Assembly: GCF_009914755.1 (NCBI RefSeq) | Contig: NC_060925.1 | Length of the DNA stretch: 64,000 nt | Direction: 5' to 3' (one strand) | Origin: the human T2T-CHM13v2.0 reference genome, Homo sapiens | Shown here: one piece after another, positions 1-9,642 of the stretch | Numbering within the stretch: the stretch's first letter is position 1 | How the letters are laid out: each line of letters opens with the position of its first letter | The notes under the pieces: model-generated | Told to the model about the DNA's origin: nothing | What the model saw: only the letters and a program-made list of their open reading frames with translations | Database searches by the model: none | Position numbers and translations under genes: made by a program

Positions 1-1029
1 CTGATGACCCAAAACCCCAGGCTTATGAGAGGCTCCAGACCTCCATACTTTCACAATGACAGTTGTATCAGTGGGGTTTTTTTCTACTACACCTATGTGG
101 CCATGACATGATCAGGACTTCCTGGGTAAGAACAGAGATGGGAAACCCATGGGTTTGGAGGTCACAGTATTGCAAGTGTCCCTCCTTCCTTGATGGAAGG
201 TGGTCTTTGGAGCAAGAGGCAGCATCTATCTAGTTTTAAAGGACAGGAAGGAGGCTGTGATGGAAGGGCGCTTGTTGGAGTGAAAAGAGCTCTGGGCTAA
301 GAATGAAGGTTCCCAGGCTGTATTTTTGGCAATGTTCTTAGTAAGTGTCAGTGAGTGATTTATCTTTTCAGAGTTTCTCTCTCTCCATCTGCAAAGGCAG
401 ACAAATTGTCTCTTGCAAGGGTCTGAAGCATCCAAATATGGGAACACTTACGAATGCTTTTCAAAATGAGATGAAGCCCCTCTCCATGTGGTGTTGGAGA
501 AGGCACTTGATGTGGGGGCATTTGGTGGTAGGAAGTGCTTCAGACTGGAGCACTCCCCATGGATAGAATGTCCCTGAATAACACAGCAGAAGCCACATGG
601 AGGGCCTGTGCAATCTCATGACGCATAGAGGACTGTGGGACAAGTTTGTCCTCTCCTAAGAGAAAGAATGAGGTTTGAAATGCGAACTGTGACAGGACAC
701 CAAGCCTGTTCCTGGGAATCAGATCTGTGGCAGGATGGGGGAGACAGCTGCCAAAGTCCAGAGAGAGGCTGCACAAGCCTCCAGTGATATGGGAAGCAAA
801 AGGTCTTTTCAGTATTTGGCCACATCTTGATGGTGGCCCTCCACATCAGAAATGCATTGCCCGATGGACCAGGAAACCATGCCAGGGCATTTTGTGAAAG
901 ATAAAACATGAGAGTTTTCAGTACAATGCTGAACCATACATAGATGTTCATGTCTCTGTGCACGTTGGGCTGACTGTGCTTGCAGAATGTGAAGTGGGAA
1001 ATACCTGAACGAACATTTTGTATTTCTAG

Positions 1030-1102
1030 AAAATGACGAAGATGAGGATGAAGATGTTCAAGTTGAGGAGGCTGAGAAAGTACTGGAATCATCTGCCCCC
1101 AG
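1030..1102 (+). CDS. NBPF: CON1 small exon, copy 1 (ENDEDEDEDVQVEEAEKVLESSAPR)
   Basis: 73 nt, ttctag|AAAATG...CCCAG|gtaaca. Confidence 0.93.
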
Positions 1103-1565
1103 GTAACACTGAATACTCAGGAGCAAGTAATGGGTGGTAACGTATGAAAATGTCTAGGAGGCACACCCTCTCTGGCATCTATGATGGGCCAAATGCCCGC
1201 ATTCCCTTGGCCACAGTATGTGAAATTCAACCCAGCTTAGACACAGGGTGCGGCAGCTGTCGTGTTTCTCTATGTGTGCCAAGTGTCATGTCTGTACCAT
1301 ACAGGGATAGCTGAGTCTTCATCCTCCTCAGCTCCTATCTGTTCAGTGCACTGAACACCAGCTGCTCTCTTCCTCTCTGGCTCCCATGGCAGCCATGGTC
1401 TGTTGCAGAGAGAAGAGGATTGCCTGTTCCCTCTTTAAGGGAACCTCCGTTTTGCTTTCTGGAACCACTCTCTTAATGCCACCTGTCAAAACCAGCTAGG
1501 ACTCCCTGGGGTCCAATCCCTCTGTGTTTAATCTTCTGTCATCTCTGTCCCACCTGGCTCATCAG

Positions 1566-1777
1566 GGAGGTGCAGAAGGCTGAAGAGAGCAAAGTCCCTG
1601 AGGACTCACTGGAGGAATGTGCCATCACTTGTTCAAATAGCCACGGCCCTTGTGACTCCAACCAGCCTCACAAGAACATCAAAATCACATTTGAGGAAGA
1701 CGAAGTCAACTCAACTCTGGTTGTAGACAGAGAATCCTCTCATGATGAATGTCAGGATGCTCTAAACATTCTCCCAG
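1566..1777 (+). CDS. NBPF: CON1 Olduvai large exon, copy 1 ([27 protein letters not shown]...DALNILP)
   Basis: 212 nt, catcag|GGAG...CCCAG|gtagcc; matches ORF 1570..1896. Confidence 0.95.
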
Positions 1778-1890
1778 GTAGCCTCTATTTTCCTTGTGTC
1801 TCATACCTCTGTCTAGGCTATGGAAGATCAATTCTGAGGACAGGCTGTATATACACATATTGTTATTGTTTTAGTCAGAAACTAGGATGG

Positions 1891-2094
1891 AGCTAGGTGC
1901 TGTGACTCACACATATAATCACAGCACTTTGGAAGGCCCAAGTGGGACGATGACTTGAGTTCAGGAGTTGAAGACCAGCCTACACAATATGGTGAAACCC
2001 ATCTTTACAAAGAATACAAAAAATTAGGCAGGCATGGTGCTGCACGCCTATAGTCCCAACTGCTCAGGAGACTTAGGTGGGAGGATGGGCTGAG
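1891..2094 (+). mobile_element. Old 3'-truncated Alu (AluJ-like)
   Basis: Diverged left arm, A-rich linker and start of right arm (tagtcccaactgctcaggag...gggaggatgggctgag); no poly(A). Confidence 0.8.
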
Positions 2095-2177
2095 ATGATC
2101 CTCCCACTCTCATTCACTTCTGTCAGGCTAGACTCTCTCTCCTTTTCATTGGCTTGTCTTAGCTATTAATAAGTCTC

Positions 2178-2493
2178 GGCTGGGAGCAGTGGGTCACACC
2201 TGTAATCCGAGCACTTTGGGAGGCCGAGGCGGGTGGATCATGAGGTCAGGAGATTGAGACCATCCTGGCTAACACGGTGAAACCCCATCTTTACTAAAAA
2301 TACAAAAAAAAAAAAAAATAGCTGGGCGTGGTGGTGGGCGCCTGTAGTCCCAGCTACTCAGGAGGCTGAGGCAGGAGAATTGGCATGAACCCAGGAACCG
2401 GAGCTTGCAGTGAGCCGAGATTGTGCCACTGCACTCCAGCCTGGGAGACAGAGCGAGACTCCATCTCAAAAAAAAAAAAAAAAAAAAAAAAAA
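2178..2493 (+). mobile_element. Full-length AluY-like element
   Basis: gagaccatcctggctaacacggtgaaacccc and ggagcttgcagtgagccgagat diagnostics, long pure poly(A), TSD taagtctc at 2170-2177 and 2495-2502. Confidence 0.93.
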
Positions 2494-2503
2494 GTAAGTC
2501 TCT

Positions 2504-2830
2504 GACCAGGGGCGCTGGCTCACATCTTAATCCCAGCACTTTGGGAGGCTGAGGTGGGCGGAACACCTGAGCTCAGGAGTTCGAAACCAGCCTGTCCAAG
2601 ATGGCGAAACCCCATCTCTACTAAGAATACAAAAATTAGCTGGCATGTTACTTGGCGCTTGTAATCCCAGATGCTTGGCAGGCTGAGGGATGAGAATCGC
2701 TTGAACCCGGACGGCAGAGGTGGCAGTGAGCTGAGATTGTGCCTCTGCACTGCAGCCTGCGTGACAGAGTGAGACTCCGTCTCAAACAAAAAACAAAAAA
2801 CCAAAAAAGAAAAAAATTAAAAAAGCAAAA
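2504..2830 (+). mobile_element. Full-length AluS-like element
   Basis: Two arms (aatcccagcactttgggaggctgagg ... gagactccgtctc) followed by degenerate A-rich tail. Confidence 0.9.
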
Positions 2831-3140
2831 TGAAATCTTTTGTGCTACACAGAAACATTGGCCACTCATGGGGTAAAAATCTCAGGGCCAAGCCTTGCTT
2901 TATAGAAACGTATAAGCAAGAAAAGTGTAGAAGTGTTTATGTCCTGGTTTCAAGGTGACTGCATAGCTAAGACAAGTTGACTTAAAGGAGATCAAGACTG
3001 GAGATGACAAGAGTGAAACCAGGGAAACATCATCTTCAAATAAGTAAACAAGGCTGCCAGTGACATCCCTCAGTCCTGATTAAGCCTATTTGATTTCACC
3101 AGTTTTTAACCCATCATGTGTTTGCCTTTCTTCTCCCCAG

Positions 3141-3350
3141 TCCCTGGCCCCACCTCTTCTGCCACAAACGTCAGCATGGTGGTATCAGCCGGCCCTTTGT
3201 CCAGCGAGAAGGCAGAGATGAACATTCTAGAAATCAATGAGAAATTGCGCCCCCAGCTGGCAGAGAAGAAACAGCAGTTCAGAAACCTCAAAGAGAAATG
3301 TTTTCTAACTCAACTGTCCGGCTTCCTGGCCAACCAACAGAAGAAATACA
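3141..3350 (+). CDS. NBPF: Coiled-coil exon ([28 protein letters not shown]...ANQQKKY)
   Basis: 210 nt, ccccag|TCCCTG...ATACA|gtaaga; matches ORF 3116..3409. Confidence 0.95.
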
Positions 3351-3897
3351 GTAAGATCTATAGGCTCACCATCATGAAAGTGATGAATGATATCCTGTCT
3401 TCTCTCTGAGACACTAAATGCTCTCTCCATCAAAAATAATTTCATCCTTCCTGTACTTCTAGGAAAACAGAAATGGGTATTTTAACATTTTGTCAAAGTT
3501 GGAAGACAGAGGTACCAAAGTATTTAGCAACTTTCCATGTTTGCAATCAGGTGGGGGTGGGACTAGAGTTAAACTGCCATTTATTGATTTCTGACACAGG
3601 CACAGAATGACCTGTTTTCTCCAAGAGGCTCAATCGTGTTTTCAAGAATCCTCTCTGTACCATATAAGATCCTGCAGACAAATAACATCTAGTCTGTTGT
3701 TCTAAATGTCTGAGACTAGTGAACTTTTATTCAGTTCAAGTTTCTGTTGAGGCCCAACAGGCAAAGCTCTGTTCTAGTGACTCTGAGGGAAACTTGGTGA
3801 TAGTAGCCAGTACCTGCTCTGAGGGGCTTCAAGAGGAGTCTACTCCTAATAGAACCTGTGCTGTCTATAAGTGACAGCATCAAGAGCAGGGAGTAGG

Positions 3898-4218
3898 GGC
3901 CGTGCATGGTGGCTCACTCCTGTAATCCCAGCACTTTGGGAGGCTGAGGCGGGCAGATCATGAGGTCAGGAGTTTGAGACCAGCCTGGGCAACATGGAGA
4001 AACCCCATCTCCACTAAAAATACAAAAAGTAGATGGGCGTGGTGGCAGGTGACTGTAATCACCCCTGCTCAGGAGGCTGAGGCAGGAGAATCCTTTGAAC
4101 CCAGGAGGCTGAGGTTGCAGTGAGCCAAGATTTTGCCATTGCACTCCAGCCTGGGCGACAGGGCAAGACTGTTAAAAATAATAATAATAATAATGATAAA
4201 TAAAAATAAGAATAAAAA
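3898..4218 (+). mobile_element. Full-length AluS-like element with (AAT)n tail
   Basis: Both arms present; imperfect TSD aagagcagggagtag (3882-3896) / aaaagcagagagtag (4215-4229). Confidence 0.92.
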
Positions 4219-4329
4219 GCAGAGAGTAGCTTGGTGAGAGTGAAGTCCTGCTTCCTGGGGCACAGAGTCTTGTTGCTAAAGAGGAAGAAAGATCGCACCC
4301 GAGAATGTGTGGAGATAGCAGTGCAGTGT

Positions 4330-4527
4330 ACAGAGCAGGGACCGTGGGCCTGTCTCCTGGGCTCCATCCAAGTTGCTTGTCTTGTCTGTCCCTCAGTTTC
4401 CTCACCTGTTCAGAGGGTACTACAATAATACCTACCTCTGTAAATTGCTGCAGTGAATTACATGAGCTATTTCTTGTCAATCTCCTAGAACATTTATTGG
4501 CACACAGTAAACACTATCTATTAGTTC
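4330..4527 (+). mobile_element. MIR relic
   Basis: MIR core-like cctcagtttcctcacctgt...ataatacctacctc...ggcacacagtaaacact; boundaries approximate. Confidence 0.7.
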
Positions 4528-4834
4528 TTCATTCTGCTGTTTCTAAATTAACACAAAATTTATTAGCATTTGGGCATATTTCCTTCATGGCCTTATGGTG
4601 TTATGTGTCACACTTTATGCTTCAGATATGATTCTTAAAATCATAACTGAAGATATGATTTAAAAATCAAAGATTTTAAAAATCTTTCGCATACTTGTCC
4701 TTGAAATTCCCAGTAAAAGGGAAACCATCAGTCCCATAGTCCTGGGGGCCTTCCCGACTGTACAAGAAATCACTACTTCATGCCCCAGTGCAGTGTTTTA
4801 GAGGAGAGGCTGCAAGGCTTGGGAAAGTGGCCCC

Positions 4835-4960
4835 GCATTCAGAGTCAGACCTCAGGGACTGTGAATTCTGACTCCACTTTGTTGTGGTTGAATCATCTTG
4901 TCAACTTCCTTGATGTGCCCTTGAGGTTCTCTTTCTTCATCTCTAAATTTTGGAGGATCA
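4835..4960 (+). mobile_element. Possible second MIR relic
   Basis: agagtcagacct...gaattctgactccact...ttcttcatctctaaattttggaggat resembles MIR consensus; heavily diverged. Confidence 0.45.
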
Positions 4961-5130
4961 GATGCCAGAAAGTCAGGAGACTGAAGAGTAAAGATGTTGA
5001 AATCCCTGTCTAGACCCTGGTACTGGGGAGAGTTTTGTCCTTGGGATGGACCTGGCTCCTGTCCTGTAGGCAATGACCACAGCAGCATGTCCAGCCTTCC
5101 ACTGAGGTAGGTGTGTCTGTCTTTTCTCAG

Positions 5131-5233
5131 AATATGAAGAGTGCAAAGACCTCATAAAATTTATGCTGAGGAATGAGCGACAGTTCAAGGAGGAGAAGCT
5201 TGCGGAGCAGCTGAAGCAAGCTGAGGAGCTCAG
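5131..5233 (+). CDS. NBPF: Coiled-coil exon ([35 protein letters not shown])
   Basis: 103 nt, tctcag|AATATG...CTCAG|gtgagg. Confidence 0.94.
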
Positions 5234-5444
5234 GTGAGGGGACCCCATGGGGGCAGGCAGGGGGGCAGGTGTGTAAATCTCTGAAGTACAGCAGCTCAGT
5301 GGGGAGACGTAAGAGCTCAGCTGGGCCAGGGGAAGGGCAGGAATTGCCATGGCAGGCTCGCTACACACAAATATTTATCAGAGAAGAAGGATAGTAAAAA
5401 TGTATGGGTTGCAGTTGTTTCTCAGAGCCTTGTTTTCTCTTTTT

Positions 5445-5560
5445 CAAACAAGTAATTTTTGATGTGAAATTTACATAACACAAAATTAACCAAAGGAGTG
5501 TGAACCACACAGCAGCATTCAGTATACTCAAAATGGTGTGCCATCACCACCCCACTTACC
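5445..5560 (-). mobile_element. Ancient L1M 3' UTR fragment
   Basis: gatgtgaaatttacataacacaaaattaac...ttcagtatactcaaaatggtgtgccatcaccac resembles antisense L1ME/L1MB 3' ends; boundaries approximate. Confidence 0.5.
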
Positions 5561-6064
5561 CTTAGTGAGAATCACCTCCTGACTGACTGCGGCTTCTCAT
5601 TCTTTCACTCAATCAATGTTGCCTCCTCGACCCTGTCATTCTTTTCTTCTTTCATCTTTTCAATTCGCCCCATCTGCACCTGGCCTCATTTCTGTACATG
5701 GCTTTGTATCTAGTGGCCGCAAGATGCACTATGTGTATTTTCACATGGAAATGTCCATGGCCAGAGTGAGGAACTGAAAGGATGTCTTTTTGAAATGGAA
5801 TTAGGAAGACACCTACTTTTGTTTACAGAAGAGAAAGATGAATGGAACATCATCGAGGATCTTGCAAGAGCCCTCTCTGATACAGAGGAAGCCTGTAAAC
5901 CATTTTCTATTCTTTCTCTTGGCCACAGACATTCCTTTCCACATGTGCTGACCTTCTGCTTCGAGGTCTCCTTGAGGACATTGTCTCAGAAATCTCTGTT
6001 GCAATATTTGAGCGGATCACTCAACCCTTTCCACTCTTAAATTTTCTCTACCGTCTCACCTTAG

Positions 6065-6279
6065 GCAATATAAAGTCCTGGTTCACGCTCAGGAACGAGA
6101 GCTGACCCAGTTAAGGGAGAAGTTGCGGGAAGGGAGAGATGCCTCCCGCTCATTGAATGAGCATCTCCAGGCCCTCCTCACTCCGGATGAGCCGGACAAG
6201 TCCCAGGGGCAGGACCTCCAAGAACAGCTGGCTGAGGGGTGTAGACTGGCACAGCACCTTGTCCAAAAGCTCAGCCCAG
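6065..6279 (+). CDS. NBPF: Coiled-coil exon ([35 protein letters not shown]...LVQKLSP)
   Basis: 215 nt, ccttag|GCAATA...CCCAG|gtaagg; matches ORF 6123..6356. Confidence 0.94.
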
Positions 6280-7320
6280 GTAAGGTGGCCATAGGCCCTG
6301 ATGACCCAAAATCCCAGGCTTATGAGAGACTCCAGACCTCCATACTTTCACAATGACAGTTGTATCAATGGTGTTTTTTTCCACTAAGCTTATGTGGCCA
6401 TGACATGACCAGGACTTCTTGGGTAAGAACGGAGATGGGAAACCCATGGGGTTGGAGGTCACAGTATTGCAAGTGTCCCTCCTCCCTTGATGGAAGGTGG
6501 TCTTTGGAGCAAGAGGCAGCATCTGTCTAGTTTTAAAGGACAGGAAGGAGGCTGCGATGGGAGCAGGCTTGTTAGAGTGAAAAGAGCTCAGGACTAAGAA
6601 TGAAGGTTCCCAGGCTGTCTTTTCGGCAATGTTCTTAGTAACTGTCAGAGAGTGAATGACTTGTCCTTCCTGAGTTTCTCTCTCTCCGTGGCAGACAAAT
6701 TGTCTCTTGCAAGGGTCTGAAGCATTCAAATGTGGGAACACTTACAACTGCTTTCCAAAATGAGATGAAGGCCCTTGCCGTGTGATGTTGGAGAAGGCAC
6801 TTTATGTGGGGGCGTTTTGTGGTAGGAAGTGCTTCAGACTGGAGCACTCCCCATGGATAGAATGTCCCTGAAGAATACAGCAGAAGCCACTTGGAGGCTT
6901 GAAATCTTCTGATGCATAGAGGACTGTGGGACAAGTTTGTCTGCTTCTAAGAGAAAGAATGAGGTTTGAAATGCAAACCGTGACAGGGCACCAAGCCTGT
7001 GCCTGGGAATCAGATCTGGCAGGATGGGGGAGACAGCTGCCAACGTCCAGAGAGAGGCTGCACAAGCCTCCAGTGATATGGGAAGCAAAAGGTCTTTTCA
7101 ATATTTGGCCACATGTTGATGGTGGCCCTCCAGATCAGAAATGCATTGCCTGATGGATCAGGAAACCATGGCAGGGCATTCTGTTAAAGATAAAACATGA
7201 GAGTTTTCAGTTGAACGGTGACCCATGCCTAGATGTTCATGTCTCTGTTGCACATTGGGCTGACTGTGCTTGCAGACTGTGAAGTGGGAAATACCTGAAC
7301 GAACACTTCTGTATTTACAG

Positions 7321-7393
7321 AAAATGACAACGATGACGATGAAGATGTTCAAGTTGAGGTGGCTGAGAAAGTGCAGAAATCGTCTGCCCCCAG
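7321..7393 (+). CDS. NBPF: CON1 small exon, copy 2 ([25 protein letters not shown])
   Basis: 73 nt, ttacag|AAAATG...CCCAG|gtaaca. Confidence 0.93.
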
Positions 7394-7857
7394 GTAACAC
7401 TGAATACTCAGGAACAATTAATGGATGGTAACATATGAGGAATATCTAGGAGGCACACCCTCTCTGGCATCTATGATGGGCCAAAAACCCGCATTCGCTT
7501 GGCCACAGTATGTGAAATATAATCCAGCTTAGACACAGGGTGCGGTAGCTGTCATGTTTCTCTGTGTGTGCTGAGTGTCATGTCTGCACCGTACAGGGAT
7601 AGCTGAGTCTTCATCCTCCTCAGCTCCTATCTGTCCAGTGCAATGAACAGCAGCTGCTCTCTTCCTCTCTGGTTCCCATGGCAGCCATGCTCTGTTGCAG
7701 AGAGAACAGGATTGCATGTTCCCTCTTAATGGGAACCTCCATTTTGCTTTCTGGGACCACTCTCTTAATGCCGCCTGTCAAAACCAGCTAGGACTCCCTG
7801 GGGTCCAATCCCTCTGTGTTTAATCTTCTGTCATCTCTGTCCCACCTGGCTCATCAG

Positions 7858-8063
7858 GGAGATGCAGAAGGCTGAAGAAAAGGAAGTCCCTGAGGACTCA
7901 CTGGAGGAATGTGCCATCACTTATTCAAATAGCCATGGCTCTTATGACTCCAACCAGCCACATAGGAAAACCAAAATCACATTTGAGGAAGACAAAGTCG
8001 ACTCAACTCTCATTGGCTCATCCTCTCATGTTGAATGGGAGGATGCTGTACACATTATTCCAG
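7858..8063 (+). CDS. NBPF: CON1 Olduvai large exon, copy 2 ([27 protein letters not shown]...DAVHIIP)
   Basis: 206 nt, catcag|GGAG...TCCAG|gtagcc; matches ORF 7862..8107. Confidence 0.95.
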
Positions 8064-8652
8064 GTAGCCTCTGTTTTCCTTGTGTCTCATACCTCTCTCT
8101 AGGCTGAGAAAGATAAACTCTGAAGACAGGCTCTATAAACACAAATTCATTTGAATAAAAAACTGTGATGGGTTTCTAAACAGATATCAGGGAGTTTGTT
8201 TGTCCTTCTCAGCTAATGTCATGACTTTGTCTGCCAGTCCCCAGTATCAAGTTACTCAACCCCAGGCAAGTGTGACAATCTCATAGTCACCTGAGTGCAG
8301 GAGGTGCACAGGCAGTATCTGTCAGGCCTCCTAGCTTCGATTCAGTATCTCTTGTCATCTGTGATTAAGTCATCTGTCCCTGAACAATGTCCATGGAGTT
8401 TCTATGCCTGTTTAAGGAAGCTGGCAGCCTTGCCTTTGTATTTGGAAATATCGTTCCCCAGGCTTCACTGCTCTCAGCTTTCATCTGGATCTCCTTTAAG
8501 TCAGCTTGCTTAGCTGCACAGTCACCCTGAAATCAGGACGGAAACTTTTCTTCTTTACTTTGCTGATATATTTCCATAAAGCAAGGCTGGACCCTGGTTC
8601 TCCACCCTGTCAATGCAATGGCTGATCCAATGTTTCTTTGTAGCATCGTGGA

Positions 8653-8920
8653 TTTTTTTTTTTTTTTTTTTTTTTGCAATGGAGTCTTGCTCTGTCACCC
8701 AGGCTGGAGTGCAGTGGCACCATCTTGGCTTGGTGCAACCTCTGCCTCCCAGATTCAAGTGATTCTCCTGCCTCAGCCTCCTGAGTTGCTGGGACCACAG
8801 GTGCACAACATCACATCTGGCTAATTTTTGTATTTTTAGTAGAGACAGGGTTTCCCCATATTGGCCAGGGTAGTCCTGAACTCATGACCTCAAATGATTC
8901 ACCTGTCTTGGCCTCCCAAA
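8653..8920 (-). mobile_element. 5'-truncated AluS-like element
   Basis: poly(T) then ggagtcttgctctgtcacccaggctggagtgcagtgg ... ending ttggcctcccaaa. Confidence 0.92.
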
Positions 8921-9351
8921 TCACAGATTCTTTTTAAAGCAAGAGTTGTTCAAATTTATCTATCAGTCGTGTTTCATGTATAGATGCCTCTAAACATTTA
9001 ATGTCCATGTTACCTGGTGATATAAGTCCGTATCGCAGCAACACTCTTAGAAAATTGTTTGACCAATTTTTGGAGATTTTTTTGGGGAAAAAATTTTGTT
9101 TAACTTTGACTCAGGCAGGGAATATGGCATTATGGTCTACACGTAGAGGGAGATTTTGGCCTGTGGGTCTGGAAAGCAGGGTCATCTAATTCTCACCAAA
9201 GTTAATCTAGGACACCCTAGAATATTCCTGTCAGAATCCTTATTCTTGCACTGAGAATAGTTATGTCCTTGTGCTATGACTGGACAGTGATTTGTTCATA
9301 TGTGAAGTATGAATTGCTTAATGTGACCTGCTTCTCTGAATTTATTTACAG

Positions 9352-9403
9352 AAAATGAAAGTGATGATGAGGAAGAGGAAGAAAAAGGGCCAGTGTCTCC
9401 CAG
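9352..9403 (+). CDS. NBPF: CON2 small exon (ENESDDEEEEEKGPVSPR)
   Basis: 52 nt, ttacag|AAAATG...CCCAG|gtaatg. Confidence 0.93.
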
Positions 9404-9642
9404 GTAATGTTGTGGAATTGTTGGCTGTTAATTCAGTAGTGACATCTGGAGATTGTAGATTTAGGGAAAATGAGGAAGTGATGAATAGAACTATTTCTTC
9501 CATTCACCCAGCTACAAATTGTGCTGATTTACAATGTTGTATGTTATTTGTGGCACTTGTATTGGTTTTAATTTCATAGTCCTCTCAAGATAGGAACTTG
9601 CCATCAGATGAGCCAGGTGAACTAGCCAAACAGGGTTTTCTT

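Larger units (their letters stand above)
1..1857 (+). repeat. Intragenic duplication copy A (3' part of coiled-coil/CON1 cassette)
   Basis: Colinear with 6298-8143 (ctgatgacccaaaa... to ...caggctgtatatacaca); offset about 6.29 kb. Confidence 0.92.
6298..8143 (+). repeat. Intragenic duplication copy B (paralogous to 1-1857)
   Basis: Colinear intron and exon similarity with window start. Confidence 0.92.

Noticed and set aside
2269-4480. Minus-strand ORFs of 70-100 aa
   Set aside because: Typical antisense Alu translations ([21 protein letters not shown])
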